Origin: Candidatus Eiseniibacteriota bacterium
GTDB taxonomy: Bacteria; Eisenbacteria; RBG-16-71-46; CAIMUX01
Assembly (NCBI GenBank): GCA_016712505.1
Contig: JADJQY010000009.1
Location: 234,690-298,689 of the forward strand
Direction: 5' to 3'
DNA: 64,000 nucleotides
The notes below the pieces were generated by a model. That model ran no database searches. It saw only the letters and a program-made list of their open reading frames with translations, and was not told the DNA's origin. The first letter of the stretch is position 1, and the number at the start of each line of letters is the position of its first letter. Positions 1-13,836 of the stretch are shown here, one piece after another. Made by a program: the position numbers and the translations under genes.

Positions 1-114
1 CGCTCCTCGCCGCCCTCTGGGCCCTCCTTCGCCTGCGGCGCGAGGGATTGCTCGGTCAGGCCGGGTCCGCAGCCGCCAGTTGATCCGGGGTCGGGCAGAG
101 CGTAGGCTGCCCCG

Positions 115-1140
115 ATGCCAAGTCCCGGAGGGAGCCCCGTGCACCGTTTCAGCCCGATTCTGACTGCATTCTGTGCCCTCATGGCGGCCTCGTCCGCTCG
201 GGCCGGGGTTTGCGGCCGCCCGTCCGCGGACCAGGTCCCCACCGTCGCCACCTTCTCGATCGTCGCCTGCGACACCGCGGCCGGGATCTGGGGGGTTGCC
301 GTCGCCTCGAAGTTCTTCTCCGTCGGGTCGGTCGTCCCCTGGACGCAGGGGGATGTCGGTGCCGTGGCGACCCAATCCCAGGCCAACACGACCTACGGGC
401 CGGCGGGACTTGCGCTTCTCGCCGCGGGGAAGCCGGCGCAGGAGGCGCTCGACGCGCTGATCGCGGCGGACGAGGGGCGCGCGCACCGTCAGGTCGGCAT
501 CGTCGACGCCGCCGGGCGCGCCGCGACCTACACCGGCCCCGACTGCATCGCCTGGGCGGGCGGGAAGACCGGATACGCCTACGCCGTTCAAGGGAACATC
601 CTGACCGGACCGGAGGTGGTCGAAGCCATGGCCAGGACGTTCGAGTCGACCGAGGGCTACCTCGGCGAGCGCATGCTCGCCGCGCTCGAGGCGGGAGATG
701 CGGCCGGCGGGGACAGCCGCGGCCGTCAGTCCGCGTGCCTGAAGCTGGCCAAGACCGGCGCCGGTTTCGGCGGTTGGAACGACGTGCTCTGCGACCTCCG
801 GGTCGATGACCACGCCTCCCCGTTCACCGAGCTCAGGCGCCTCTACACCGTCTGGCGGCCCAACATGCTCGTCCTCGAAGGGTACCGTCGGGTCGAGGAG
901 GGTCGCTTCGCCGAAGCGTTCGCCGCCGGCGAGGCGGCCGCGCGGATCGACAAGGACTCCGGTGATCCCTTCTATCACCTGGCCTGCTACCACGCGCGGG
1001 CCGGCGACGCCGAACGCGCGATGCACTTTCTCTCCTGGGCGGTCGAACTGAACCCCAAGTTCAAGGCCCAGGCCCGAACCGACACCGACCTCGCCCCGCT
1101 CCGCGAGCGCGAGGATTGGAAGCGACTGATCGGATCGTGA
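115..1140 (+). CDS. DUF1028-family (Ntn-hydrolase-like) secreted protein with C-terminal helical/TPR-like region
   Basis: Signal-peptide-like N-terminus followed by 'ATFSIVACD' block characteristic of DUF1028 proteins; C-terminal alpha-helical repeat; complete ORF in supplied track. Confidence 0.6.
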   Translation: MPSPGGSPVHRFSPILTAFCALMAASSARAGVCGRPSADQVPTVATFSIVACDTAAGIWGVAVASKFFSVGSVVPWTQGDVGAVATQSQANTTYGPAGLALLAAGKPAQEALDALIAADEGRAHRQVGIVDAAGRAATYTGPDCIAWAGGKTGYAYAVQGNILTGPEVVEAMARTFESTEGYLGERMLAALEAGDAAGGDSRGRQSACLKLAKTGAGFGGWNDVLCDLRVDDHASPFTELRRLYTVWRPNMLVLEGYRRVEEGRFAEAFAAGEAAARIDKDSGDPFYHLACYHARAGDAERAMHFLSWAVELNPKFKAQARTDTDLAPLREREDWKRLIGS

Positions 1141-1198
1141 GCGGTCGTCGTGAAACCAGCCTGGGGCCGTGGCCCCGAAGCCCCAAGGAGTCGATGAG

Positions 1199-2071
1199 AT
1201 GACCGACCATGATCTGCCCGTTCTCCGTTTCGGCCACAGCCCCGACCCCGACGACGCCTTCATGTTCTACGGCTTCTCCACCGGGGCCGTGACCGTCGAG
1301 GGTCCCGGCGCCGCCGGCGAGGGACGTCGCTACCGGGTGGAGCATCTCCTGGAGGACATTCAATCGCTCAACGAGCGGGCGATGGGGGGCGAACTCGAGA
1401 TCACGGCCATCTCGGCCCACGCCTACCCTTACGTCGCCGATAAGTACGTCGTGATGCGCACCGGAGTGTCGATGGGAGACGGGTATGGTCCCCTGATCGT
1501 GACCCGCAAGGAAGCCAGCCTCGAGAGTCTGCGCGGCGCGCGGATCGCCATCCCCGGACTCATGACCACCGCCAGCCTCGCGCTCAAGTTCCATCTCGAC
1601 GCCTACAAGCCGGTGGTCACTCCCTTCGACCAGATCTTGGAGTCGGTGCGCGACGGCAAGGTCGACGCCGGCGTCGTGATCCACGAGGGACAGCTCACCT
1701 TCGATCGGGACGGTTTGTACAAGGTGGCCGATCTCGGCCAGCTCTGGAAGCAGGAGACCGGACTTCCGCTGCCGCTCGGTCTCGACGTCGTCCGTCGCGA
1801 CTTGGGCGCCGATCTCGGCGTCGCCTGTTCGCGCGCGTTGCGCGCATCGATCGAGTACGCCATGGCCAACCGCGAGGCAGCGATGCGCTACGCCCTGGAC
1901 TACGGCCGCGGCCTCGACATGCCGCTCGGGGATCGTTTCGTCGGCATGTACGTCAACGACTGGACCCTCGACATGGGCGAGAAAGGCCGTCTCGCCCTCA
2001 CCACCCTCCTCGACCGCGCCGCCGACCAAGGCTGGGTCCCTCGCCTGAACGAGGATCTGATGTTGGTCTAA
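1199..2071 (+). CDS. mqnD: 1,4-dihydroxy-6-naphthoate synthase (MqnD; MqnA/MqnD periplasmic-binding-fold family)
   Basis: 'LRFGHSPDPDDAFMFYGF' N-terminus and 'DAGVVIHEGQLTF...GLPLPLG' block typical of MqnD; start moved to ATG preceded by AAGGAG (8 nt spacer); paralogous MqnA present elsewhere in window. Confidence 0.65.
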   Translation: MTDHDLPVLRFGHSPDPDDAFMFYGFSTGAVTVEGPGAAGEGRRYRVEHLLEDIQSLNERAMGGELEITAISAHAYPYVADKYVVMRTGVSMGDGYGPLIVTRKEASLESLRGARIAIPGLMTTASLALKFHLDAYKPVVTPFDQILESVRDGKVDAGVVIHEGQLTFDRDGLYKVADLGQLWKQETGLPLPLGLDVVRRDLGADLGVACSRALRASIEYAMANREAAMRYALDYGRGLDMPLGDRFVGMYVNDWTLDMGEKGRLALTTLLDRAADQGWVPRLNEDLMLV

Positions 2072-2089
2072 CCCCCGCGCTCGCTAGCC

Positions 2090-2118
2090 CCCGCGCTCGC
2101 AGAGCGCGGGTGTCTTCC
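2090..2118 (+). terminator. Putative rho-independent terminator after mqnD
   Basis: Inverted repeat cccgcgctc/gagcgcggg with 3-nt loop followed by tgtcttcc; U-tract is weak. Confidence 0.3.
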
Positions 2119-2730
2119 GGGCGACGCGTGGCAGGACTCCGAGACGGCGAGGAGCCGGGGTGCGTTCGCGCTAAGGCCGCACCGAAGATCGATTCACTTT
2201 CCCCGCCCCGGCGCGGAGCCGCTATCTACGTCGACTGGCTCGGGATCCGCGGCAACGCCCGAACTCCCGGCCCTGGAAGGATCTTTGCTTGACTCCGCCC
2301 CGGTTCGCGCGCACGCTTTACAGCGTCCATTCCCGGCGACCTGTGAAAACAAGCGACTGTTGCCCGAAGGAGTGCTTGCCATGAATCCCCCCCCCGGAGA
2401 CGCTGAGCCAACCTGTCGGCGGGCGTCCCGCCCCCGCGGGCTGGCTGCGAGTTCCAAACCGACTACCTGCATAGCTCTGGATTCTGCTCTCCTTGCTGTC
2501 CGTCCAGAGGGACACCGATGCGCAGGCAGAGCGATGGATCGACGGCCGCGGCAATTGTGGCCTGTCGAAGTCGCTTCCTCGTTCAACGGAAATGCAGCGC
2601 CGGCCAGCCTGCGACCTGCCCCGATCCATGCGAGAAGTGGGAGTGTGACACGTACGATCCCTGCCTGTGCCTCTGACCCGCGGACCACAGATCGCGTGAG
2701 CACGTTCGGGGAAGCAAGAGGAGGACTCTC

Positions 2731-3468
2731 ATGACGCGTTCCAGAACTACACTGGCTGCTCTCTTCGCCGGGCTGTTCCTCACTGGTGTCCCCGGCGACT
2801 GTTGGGGCGATATCGAAATCGGGTCACTTTCGCACACCGGGCTGACGGCGACGTCTGATTCCCGCGGCGCCACTTGTGGCTCGCTTCTCTGGCATTCCGA
2901 CGGCACCTGGGAGAACGGGATCGCCTACTCCGCAACCTGGCCGCGGTACTACGGGGCATTTGCCGAGTGCTACTCGGGGACCGGCGAGGTGTGCTCGGTT
3001 CGCGCGGCCTTTGCTTGCTACTGGGAGTTCAGAGGATCGAAGGCGGACATCTTGGTCTGGGGGGACGCGGGGGGGATCCCCGGGGAAGTGCTGTGCCTCG
3101 TTCCGGACTGGCAGCCCGACTTCGTACCGCAGTGGCCGGAGGTGCGCGTGTTCGACATCCCGGTGACCGGCTGCTGTGTGGACGGGCCATTCTGGGTCGG
3201 CTTCTGGGGCAACTGGATAGGCGGGGGGCCAGAGGACTTCTACATCCTGATCGACAATAGTCCCGGGAGCACCGGCTGTTCGTACACGAACCCCCCGCCG
3301 GAGTGGGGATTTCCCGAGGGCTGGCAACCTGCGACGATCCTGGGCGTCCCGCTGAAGAATCTCGGGCTGGGGGTGGAGCTGAGAGAGTGCCTGCCGGTGG
3401 GCGCCGAACGGTCGACCTGGGGACGGGTGAAGAGTCTGTACCGAGGCTCGGGCGCAGTGCCTCGCTAG
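2731..3468 (+). CDS. Secreted Cys/Trp-rich hypothetical protein ending in conserved 'TWGxVKxLYR' C-terminal tail
   Basis: Strong RBS AAGAGGAGGA 5 nt upstream of ATG; signal peptide MTRSRTTLAALFAGLFLTGVPG; C-terminus ERSTWGRVKSLYRG shared with three other secreted proteins in window. Confidence 0.7.
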   Translation: MTRSRTTLAALFAGLFLTGVPGDCWGDIEIGSLSHTGLTATSDSRGATCGSLLWHSDGTWENGIAYSATWPRYYGAFAECYSGTGEVCSVRAAFACYWEFRGSKADILVWGDAGGIPGEVLCLVPDWQPDFVPQWPEVRVFDIPVTGCCVDGPFWVGFWGNWIGGGPEDFYILIDNSPGSTGCSYTNPPPEWGFPEGWQPATILGVPLKNLGLGVELRECLPVGAERSTWGRVKSLYRGSGAVPR

Positions 3469-3502
3469 AGGGGTCGTCCGCGGATCGCATCGTGTCTGGC
3501 GA

Positions 3503-3540
3503 AAGGGCTGCCGTCGGGGCGGCCCTTTCCGTTGCCCCCG
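3503..3540 (+). terminator. Rho-independent terminator downstream of 2731..3468
   Basis: 9-bp stem agggctgcc/ggcggccct (one mismatch), 5-nt loop, followed by tttccgtt. Confidence 0.45.
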
Positions 3541-3857
3541 GATTGTCTCCGGTAGGGCGCAGGGGCAGCAACCGGCTTGATCCGGGGCCACGGCGGCGAC
3601 CGGGCGCGAGGCCTCCCCGATGGCAATTGGGCCCGAAGGTACGGGCCCGGGAGTGCCGATAATGACGGCTGCGCCGGGTCCGCAGTGGACCGGCGCGGGC
3701 GCTTGTGCCAAACTTCACGAGTTCCGGGGCGACTTCAGAATTCGGCCTCCTCTCCGCAGCGGATCCGGAACCCAACCTGCCGGGAAGGCCATCCTGCGGG
3801 ACGCCACTGCTCGGGACGAGCCGCGCGCGAACCTGCGAGATAGAAAAGGAGCGATCA

Positions 3858-5351
3858 GTGAGCACGACTGCGTCGATGTCGATGCATGCCTTCGCCGCCG
3901 CCCGTGAGGCCGGCCGCGAGCCGTTCAAGGTCAAGGATCTGGCCGAAGCCCAGCTCGGGCGTCATGAGATCCGGCTGGCCGAGCAGGAGATGCCGGGCCT
4001 GATGGCGGTGCGCGAGGAGTACGCGGGCAAGAAGCCGCTCGCGGGCGCGAAGATCATGGGCTCGCTGCACATGACGATCCAGACGGCGGTTCTGATCGAG
4101 ACCCTGGTCGACCTGGGCGCCGACGTGCGCTGGGTCTCCTGCAACATCTTCTCCACTCAGGATCATGCGGCGGCCGCGGTCGTGGTGGGGCGCACTGGAA
4201 CGATCGAAAATCCGACCGGCACTCCGGTCTTCGCCTGGAAGGGGGAGACGCTGGAGGAGTACTGGTGGTGCACCGAGCAGGCGCTGCTCTGGCCGGACGG
4301 GTCCGGGCCGAACATGCTCCTCGACGATGGAGGTGACGCCACCCTCCTGGTCCATCTCGGCACCGACTGCGAGCGGAGCGGAAAGGTGCCGGAGTTCAAC
4401 CCGGCCGAGGACTCCGAGGAGTACGCGGTGATCCTGAACCTGCTCCGCGACCAGCTCAAGAAGAGCCCGGGCCGCTGGACCAAGGTCGGCGCCGCGATCA
4501 AGGGCGTGACCGAGGAGACGACGACCGGCGTGCACCGCCTCTACCAGCGCCAGGAGGCCGGGACGCTGCTCTTCCCGGCGATCAATGTGAACGACTCGGT
4601 GACCAAGTCGAAGTTCGACAATCTCTACGGATGTCGCCACTCGATCGTCGACGGTCTGAACCGCGCCACCGACGTGATGCTGGCGGGCAAGGTCGCGGTG
4701 GTGCTCGGCTACGGCGATGTGGGGAAGGGGTGCGCCCAGGCCCTTCGCGGCCAGGGTGCGCGCGTGATCGTGACCGAGATCGATCCGATCTGCGCTCTCC
4801 AGGCGGCCATGGCGGGCTACCAGGTGACGACGCTCGAGGATGTGATCGAGACCGCCGACATCTTCATCACCGCCACGGGCAACAAGAACATCGTCACTGC
4901 CGACCACATGCGGCGGATGAAGGACAAGGCGATCCTGGGCAACATCGGCCATTTCGACAACGAGATCGACATGGCCGGCTTGAAGAAGGTGCCGGGAGTG
5001 AAGCACGTCAACATCAAGCCGCAGTACGACGAGTGGGTCTTCCCCGACGGCCACTCGATCCTGGTCCTGGCCGAGGGGCGTCTGCTCAACCTGGGCTGCG
5101 CGACCGGTCACCCCAGCTTCGTGATGTCGGCCAGCTTCACCAATCAGGTCCTCGCCCAGATCGAGCTGTTCAACAACACGAAGAACTACGAGAAGAAGGT
5201 ATACACCCTCCCCAAGCTGCTCGATGAGAAGGTGGCCCGCCTCCACCTCGAGAAGCTCGGCGTGAAGTTGACTCCGCTCTCGAAGGATCAGGCCGACTAC
5301 CTCGGCGTCCCGGTGAACGGCCCCTACAAGCCGGATCACTATCGGTATTAG
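3858..5351 (+). CDS. ahcY: Adenosylhomocysteinase (S-adenosyl-L-homocysteine hydrolase)
   Basis: Near-identical conserved blocks '[12 protein letters not shown]', '[40 protein letters not shown]', NAD-binding '[35 protein letters not shown]'; GTG start with AAGGAG RBS 6 nt upstream (ORF track's upstream extension rejected). Confidence 0.9.
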   Translation: MSTTASMSMHAFAAAREAGREPFKVKDLAEAQLGRHEIRLAEQEMPGLMAVREEYAGKKPLAGAKIMGSLHMTIQTAVLIETLVDLGADVRWVSCNIFSTQDHAAAAVVVGRTGTIENPTGTPVFAWKGETLEEYWWCTEQALLWPDGSGPNMLLDDGGDATLLVHLGTDCERSGKVPEFNPAEDSEEYAVILNLLRDQLKKSPGRWTKVGAAIKGVTEETTTGVHRLYQRQEAGTLLFPAINVNDSVTKSKFDNLYGCRHSIVDGLNRATDVMLAGKVAVVLGYGDVGKGCAQALRGQGARVIVTEIDPICALQAAMAGYQVTTLEDVIETADIFITATGNKNIVTADHMRRMKDKAILGNIGHFDNEIDMAGLKKVPGVKHVNIKPQYDEWVFPDGHSILVLAEGRLLNLGCATGHPSFVMSASFTNQVLAQIELFNNTKNYEKKVYTLPKLLDEKVARLHLEKLGVKLTPLSKDQADYLGVPVNGPYKPDHYRY

Positions 5352-5396
5352 CCGCCGCGCGGCTCTGCCGCGTGGCTGCCGCGCTGTGGTCTACTC

Positions 5397-5437
5397 GCGA
5401 AGCCCGAGGATTGAACCCCTCGGGCTTCGCGTTTCCT
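5397..5437 (+). terminator. Rho-independent terminator after ahcY
   Basis: Perfect 13-bp stem gcgaagcccgagg/cctcgggcttcgc with 8-nt loop followed by gtttcc. Confidence 0.6.
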
Positions 5438-5600
5438 CCCCGATAACGCCTTCCCCCGCCTGACTCTCCCGATCGTCGTCCGTGACCTCGCCTCCCGGTT
5501 CAGAACCCGTTCGCTCCGGCCGAAACAGCAGTGAACCCGCGCGCCCCCCGTCCTACAATGCTCTGGCGCGCTGCCGCGTCGTGACGAACCGGGAGTTGGC

Positions 5601-5987
5601 ATGCCGACCGAACGACCCAACTGGCTCCGCCTGATCTACGTTCTTGCCGGGCACCTCTGTGTCGCCATCGGCGTAATCGCGATCGTCGTTCCGTTGCTGC
5701 CCACCACACCGTTCCTCTTGCTGGCCGTGGCGAGCTATGCCCGCGGCTCGGACCGCTTCCATGACTGGCTGCTCCATCGGTCGTGGTTTGCCTCGCACAT
5801 CTCGAGCGTGCGTGAGCGTCGCGGAGTGAGCATCGAACTCAAGATCGCCACCGTTGTGATTTCGCTGATCGGCTGGGTCGGCTCGTTCTTCTTCCTGGTG
5901 CCGAAGGGCTGGGGGCAGATCGCGACCTCGGTCATCACGCTCTCGATCATCATCTCGGTGTTGCGGCAGCCGACGCGACGCGGGTAG
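5601..5987 (+). CDS. DUF454/YbaN-family inner-membrane protein
   Basis: 128 aa; 'VVPLLPTTPFLLLAVASYARGSDRFHDWLL' matches YbaN/DUF454 signature; multiple TM helices. Confidence 0.75.
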   Translation: MPTERPNWLRLIYVLAGHLCVAIGVIAIVVPLLPTTPFLLLAVASYARGSDRFHDWLLHRSWFASHISSVRERRGVSIELKIATVVISLIGWVGSFFFLVPKGWGQIATSVITLSIIISVLRQPTRRG

Positions 5988-6241
5988 CCCACCCGACTGC
6001 GGTGCGGCAGGCGGTTCCATCGAGGGGAAAAGTGCCTTGACTTCGAGAAGTGCGGGGAAGACCATAGTCTGCGTCAACGGTTCCTGACGCGGTCGACACT
6101 GCTGCAGACGTGGGAACGATGACTGGAGCCGGAGATCTGAGATTCACACCTGACCAGACCTTCGGATCGCCCCCACTGCGTCGTCAGTTGGCCGGTCGCG
6201 ATCAGTTCAATTCCGAACGTGAGCCACGTCGGAGGCCGAGA

Positions 6242-9216
<2,975 letters not shown>

Positions 9217-9220
<4 letters not shown>

Positions 9221-10647
9221 GCGTGGGCAGAGCGACTTGCCTGAGGGTGTTCCCCCGGCACCTGCGTGACACCGCAACGCTCGTGCCGGCCGTGTGGGCC
9301 GTTCGGGTTGCCAGCGTTTCCTTTCTGTCCTTGATGCTCCCCCCGATGCCCGCGTCCGCTGGCCGCCTGCTGGTGCCCGAGCAGTATCCCTCCATCGGTA
9401 GCGCGGTTGCCGCCCTCGGTGAGAGGGACACCGTCTCGATCGCTCCGGGGATCTATTCCGGAGAGGGGAATCGGAACCTTCTGATCGGGGCTATCGATGT
9501 GGCCCTCATCGCCCGCGATGGCCCCGGCACGGTCGAGATCGACTGCGAGGGCTCGTCCGGACCGAGTCGTCAGTTCCTCGCGTACTTCGGCAACGTCGGC
9601 TTTGGGCTCGTTCTGCGCGATCTCACGATCCGGAACTCCTGGCATCAGTACGGAGCGATCCGTCTGCAGGGCGGCGGCTCGGTTTCGATCATCGGGTGCG
9701 ACTTTCGGGACAATCGGGGAAGCACGGACGTGGGGTGCTTGTGGAGCCGTGGACCGTTCGATCTGGAGATCGTCGGCTGTACCTTCGAGAACAACCGCGG
9801 GGGGACGCATCGGGGGGCGGCTGGGGCGATTGTCAGCGGGGCCAGCACCGTGCGGGTGGAGCAGTGCTCCGTGCGAGCGAATCGAGGTGGGTTCATTCTT
9901 GCCTCCGAGTGCGAACTGCTCGAGGTCATCGAATCGACGATTGTGGACAATGACTTCGGAGTCTGGGAATCCGGCACGATGGTCGGGTTTCACTTCACCG
10001 ACATGACTGCGATCCGCGGGTCGCTCATTGCGTCCAACTCGGACGAGGCTGTGGGTGGCCTAGGCAACTGCCGGATAGAGGACAGCACGATAGCGGACAA
10101 CGCCGGAGGTGGGGTGGCGTTGATCGGGGATCTCACCGTTCGAGGCTCGGTGCTGGGGGGAAACTGCACGCCTGAGGGTTCCGGCTGGAGGGATCTCAAG
10201 TTGCTGTCAGGATCCTGTGAGATCGAGTGCAGCGTGATCGACTCAACCGGCATGGAGATCGACGGCGAGTTGGTCGTCGGTGAGGGGGTCGTGTTCGCGG
10301 CACCGAGCTACTGCGAGGCGGCGTGCGGGTCGTTCTTGCCCGCGGGCGACTACCGTCTGCAGGTGGGTAGCCCGGGGGCGAATGGCTGCAGCACGTGCGG
10401 CGATTTCGTGGGGTACACGGACGAGACGTGTGGTGGGGACAGCGTCGGGGCGTGTTGTCTGGGGAGCGATTGTGAGTTGTTGTCGGAGTCATGCTGCGCC
10501 TCGGCTGGGGGCGAGTTCGTAGGAAGTGGATCCGCCTGTAGTCCGTTTCTATGCGACCAACCAGTGCCGGTCGAACGCCGTACCTGGGGTGGGGTGAAAT
10601 CCAGGTGGCGGGGGCTTCCGCCCGGCGAGCGCTTGATCGAGGAGTAG
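9217..10647 (+). CDS. Secreted right-handed parallel beta-helix repeat protein with 'TWGxVKxxWR' C-terminal tail
   Basis: ATGA overlap with stop of upstream gene; repeated 'NNRGG/ANRGG' beta-helix turns; C-terminus 'VERRTWGGVKSRWRG'. Confidence 0.6.
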
Positions 10648-10699
10648 CTCTCGCGCGGGCGGTTCATGGCGTTCGACCGACGCTGCGATGTTCTCGGCT

Positions 10700-11405
10700 C
10701 TAGAAGGTAACTGTCGCGACCAGTCCCGTCTCGATTCCTCCCGCGGTGCCGTCCGGCTTGAAACTCGGGGCCAGAGCGAAGGAGCGGTGGCGGCTCTGGG
10801 TCTCGATGTGGACCCCCCAGGCAATCAGCCCGCCGCCAACCGCAACCAGCAGCACGTTCGCAGCGTTGTAGCTGCCGTCCCGCCAGGCGTCGCTCTGGTC
10901 ATCGTCCCACCGATCGTCGGACCAGCCGTCTCCGTCCCACTCGGGCGATTGGGGGTGCTCCGGCTCGCCGAGCGGCACCAGAAGGCCGAAGGCACAGATG
11001 GCCGCTCCGGCTCCGATCGCCGCGACACCGGAGAGTTCGTCGTCCCGGCATGAGTCGCGGCTTCGGCCGCGCCCGAGCTCGCGCCCTCGGTCTCGCCCGC
11101 GATCGGGGCGATCGCGATCGTCTCCGCGCCGGTGATCGAGTCGTCGGGAATTGCGCAGCGCGTGGCTCCCGGTGGGTGGGGCGTGCGTCCCGGCGAATTC
11201 TCCGCCGGCGTGGAGGGCGATTCCGACCCCGGCGCCGCGGCCGTCGAACGGCGTGGTGTCCGCAGCGCGGGGGGGGCCGAGGTCGGAGTCGGCGTGGGCG
11301 TCGGTGCTGGTCGCGATGCCGATGGTGGTCACGGCCGCGAGCTGCATGCCGAGGATGGTTGCGGTCAAGGTGGCTCGCTGGTGATGTGAACTGGGGCCGA
11401 GCATG
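10700..11405 (-). CDS. Putative outer-membrane beta-barrel protein (OmpA-like barrel domain) with charged D/R low-complexity insert
   Basis: AAGGAGG RBS 4 nt upstream of ATG; signal peptide ending AHA; alternating beta-strand pattern and C-terminal '...GLVATVTF' terminal Phe; upstream part of track ORF 10700..12034 rejected. Confidence 0.45.
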
Positions 11406-11761
11406 TGTCCTCCTTGGTCATCGAGCTCCGTAGGACGGTCCGGGCGGCGACGCGAACTGGTGTGATCGCCTAAACCGGCGTGCCAGGGGGCGGGGCTGAT
11501 GGGGATGGGGGAGGCTTCGGAGGAACGCGAGACGACGCGAGACGGCTCGGGACGACGCGGGTGCGTTGGGCGCGGCCTAACAGCGCGCTGTTGCGGAGAT
11601 CGGGGAGCTCGGTGGGCCGCGGGGGGCGTGGCGCGTGGGCCGCAGGGGCCGTGGGCCGCTGGTGTGCGGAGGATGGAGAGAGTGTCGCGCTGGTCACAGA
11701 GTGAGATCGGTGGGTGACGGGTCGGCCCTGAATTGACGGAGCGGCGCTTGGTGATCGAAAG

Positions 11762-11790
11762 CTGCCCCCGGGGGGAGTGCGGCGGGCGCG
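11762..11790 (+). repeat. Palindromic repeat copy D (ctgcccccggggggag + GTGcggcggg tail)
   Basis: Member of a family of at least 9 copies in window. Confidence 0.7.
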
Positions 11791-12219
11791 CGGGGTGGAT
11801 CCGATTGCGGCGGCAGGTTGATGACGTGAGTTGCGGTGCACTGGCCGTTGGGTCTTGGCGCGGCGATGCTGCGCCGCGGCGGATCCGGGTCGCCGGGGCG
11901 ATGCGCCGCCGTCGCGGAGGCGCGTCGATCGTGGAAACGCGGGCGCGGTCCAGCTGTGGCCGCAACGAATTCCGAATCTTCGTGCGAAAAACTGGTTGAC
12001 CACTTTTCCAACGACGCGATGCGTCCTCGCGCAATCGGCTTCGTATCCGCCTCGTGCCGCGATCGCGTGACCGCTCGCGCCCGAAAGCGCGCCACTCCTC
12101 GTTTCGAAACTCATTCGCCGATGTTCGTTGCGTGCGCGCGTGGAGAAGCCTGCGCGACGGGGGGCGCTATCGTTGCGTTGATGAGCAGGAAGTCTTCTTC
12201 ACGAACACGGAGGTGCCGC

Positions 12220-13710
12220 ATGCCGCTCGCACGTACTGAAGCCGAGAATCTCGAGATCGATCGCCCGACCGTCGCGCCAGATTCAGCGTCCTCTCTTGGC
12301 GCGACTCCACTCGCGCGCACACGACGCGTGGCGGAGCCCTCGGCCCTTTCAGACGCGGAACTGCTTCGATCGGTCGCCCGATGGGCCGCGCTCGAGCGCC
12401 GCACGACGGCGGAACTGCTCCGGCATCTGGCCGAGCTCGATCTACGACATTTGTACCTCGGCGCCGGCTGCGCCTCGACCTTTGCCTACTGCACCGAGCG
12501 GCTCCGCATGTCGGAGTCGGCCGCCTACCATCGCATCACCGCCGCGAGGCTCGGACGTCGCTTTCCCGAGCTGCTGGAGCGACTCGAGGCCTCCGACCTT
12601 CACCTGAGCGGCATCTGTCTGCTCGCGCCGGTGTTGACCGAGGCGAACCTCGCCGACTGGGTCGCGCGCGCGCGCGGTCAGTCGAAGCGCGCGATTGAGC
12701 GGATGCTGCAACGGGAACGAGAGACGGAGAGCGCGAAGGCGCACCTGCCGCGGGTCGACCCGGCCGGAGCGCTCTTCCGCGCGGCGATCGCGGGAGAGGG
12801 ACGCTCGGCCCCGATGGGTGGGCCCAAGGTGGACACGCAGAACGCAGAAGCGGCTCCGGCAGATCGGCTCGCAGTCGGGGACGCGGCTGCTGCCAGCTTC
12901 GTCCCGCGGGAGATCCGGGCTTCGGTCGTGCCTGGCCAGGAACATCGCACGCCCTCGGCGCGACAGGACCGAATCACGGTGACCGTCGATGCGGAGATGC
13001 ATGAGCTGATCGATCAGGCGCGGGACCTGGTGCGACACCGCAATCCCAGCGGGGATCTCGCGACCTTGCTGCGGCTCGCGCTGCGGACGCTGATCGCAGC
13101 GACCGAGCGGCGTCGGTTCGGGCTGCGGCCGAAGACGGAGAACGCGGGTGGCGTTGCTGCGGGTCCTGCCGAGGTGACTGTGGTGGCGACTGCTGCGGTG
13201 GCCTCCAGGGTGCCCCCGGAGGTGACTGCTGAGGTCGCTGCCGTGACGGCGCCGGCTACGGCCGCGAACCCTGCCTATCCGCGACGCAGGGCGCCGCGGC
13301 CGCAAGCACGGAACGCGGGCATCCGATCACGCTACATCCCGGCGGCCGTTCGCCGGGCGGTCTGGCAGCGCGATCGAGGGCGTTGCGCCTTCCGGTCACC
13401 CGATGGGCACCAGTGCGATGCCCGAGGGTTCCTGCAGTTCCATCACCTCGTTCCGTTCGCCCAGGGAGGCGCGCACACCGTGGAGAACCTCGCACTGCGC
13501 TGCGGACCCCACAATCGCTACGAGGCGAAAACGGACCTGGGCGGGATCGCCGTCCGGGTCGCGCGGGGCGACCGTGGGTGCATCCCGCACGGCGATCCGA
13601 CCGGCGAAAGCGATCGCCGAGTGGTGCTCGGCGTCCATACGATTGCGCTCTCCGCTCAACTCCCCGGGGGAGTTGGAGCCCAGGGAAGTCCGGGGAAAGG
13701 ACGAACGTGA
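12220..13710 (+). CDS. DUF222 domain + HNH endonuclease protein (REP13E12-family-like), paralog 1
   Basis: N-terminal 'ELLRHLAELDLRHLYLGAGCASTFAYCTERLRMSESAAYHRITAAR' (DUF222) and C-terminal 'CAFRSPDGHQCDARGFLQFHHLVPFAQGGAHTVENLALRCGPHNRYEA' HNH motif; GGAGG RBS 6 nt upstream of ATG. Confidence 0.8.
   Translation: MPLARTEAENLEIDRPTVAPDSASSLGATPLARTRRVAEPSALSDAELLRSVARWAALERRTTAELLRHLAELDLRHLYLGAGCASTFAYCTERLRMSESAAYHRITAARLGRRFPELLERLEASDLHLSGICLLAPVLTEANLADWVARARGQSKRAIERMLQRERETESAKAHLPRVDPAGALFRAAIAGEGRSAPMGGPKVDTQNAEAAPADRLAVGDAAAASFVPREIRASVVPGQEHRTPSARQDRITVTVDAEMHELIDQARDLVRHRNPSGDLATLLRLALRTLIAATERRRFGLRPKTENAGGVAAGPAEVTVVATAAVASRVPPEVTAEVAAVTAPATAANPAYPRRRAPRPQARNAGIRSRYIPAAVRRAVWQRDRGRCAFRSPDGHQCDARGFLQFHHLVPFAQGGAHTVENLALRCGPHNRYEAKTDLGGIAVRVARGDRGCIPHGDPTGESDRRVVLGVHTIALSAQLPGGVGAQGSPGKGRT
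13657..13700 (+). repeat. Palindromic repeat copy G (caactcccc-g-ggggagttg, 19-nt near-perfect palindrome) at 3' end of HNH gene 1
   Basis: Read directly; followed by 'gagcccagggaagt' resembling intron 5' region. Confidence 0.7.
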
Positions 13711-13836
13711 GTCGCGGGTGAGGCCAGGAGCCTACGTGCTGGATCCTCCTGGTCGCGCCAACCCACTGTCTCCAGCCCCGGCACTCCACCCCGGCCATCG
13801 CGCCACGTGGCCCCTCGCCGCCTGCGCGCGCGCTTC

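Larger units (their letters stand above)
11762..13700 (+). mobile_element. REP13E12-like repeat element copy 1 (DUF222-HNH gene bounded by palindromic repeat copies)
   Basis: One of three ~2 kb paralogous units; bounded by 'cccccggggggag' palindrome motif at 11762 and 13657; shared upstream leader 'gcacggaggtgccgcATG'. Confidence 0.5.

Noticed and set aside
3469-3857. Possible SAH riboswitch in the 389-nt leader upstream of ahcY
   Set aside because: SAH riboswitches commonly precede ahcY, but I could not find the conserved 'GCCGAGGAGCGCUGC...GGCUCGG...AACGGCGCUCAC' cores by eye. A terminator for the upstream gene accounts for part of the region. A covariance-model scan (Rfam RF01057) would settle it.
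3029-5339. Long ORFs antisense to real genes (e.g. 3029..3934(-), 3855..5339(-), 13807..15315(+), 16519..19119(+), 27759..30149(+), 42654..44537(+), 34803..35981(+))
   Set aside because: These are R/P/G-rich low-complexity translations typical of the non-coding strand in ~70% GC DNA. Each overlaps a gene with clear homology on the other strand.
11406-12034. Upstream part of track ORF 10700..12034(-) (444 aa)
   Set aside because: Only the last 235 codons look like a protein (signal peptide plus beta-barrel). The upstream part is R/P-rich and overlaps the REP-element leader. A strong AAGGAGG RBS precedes the internal ATG.
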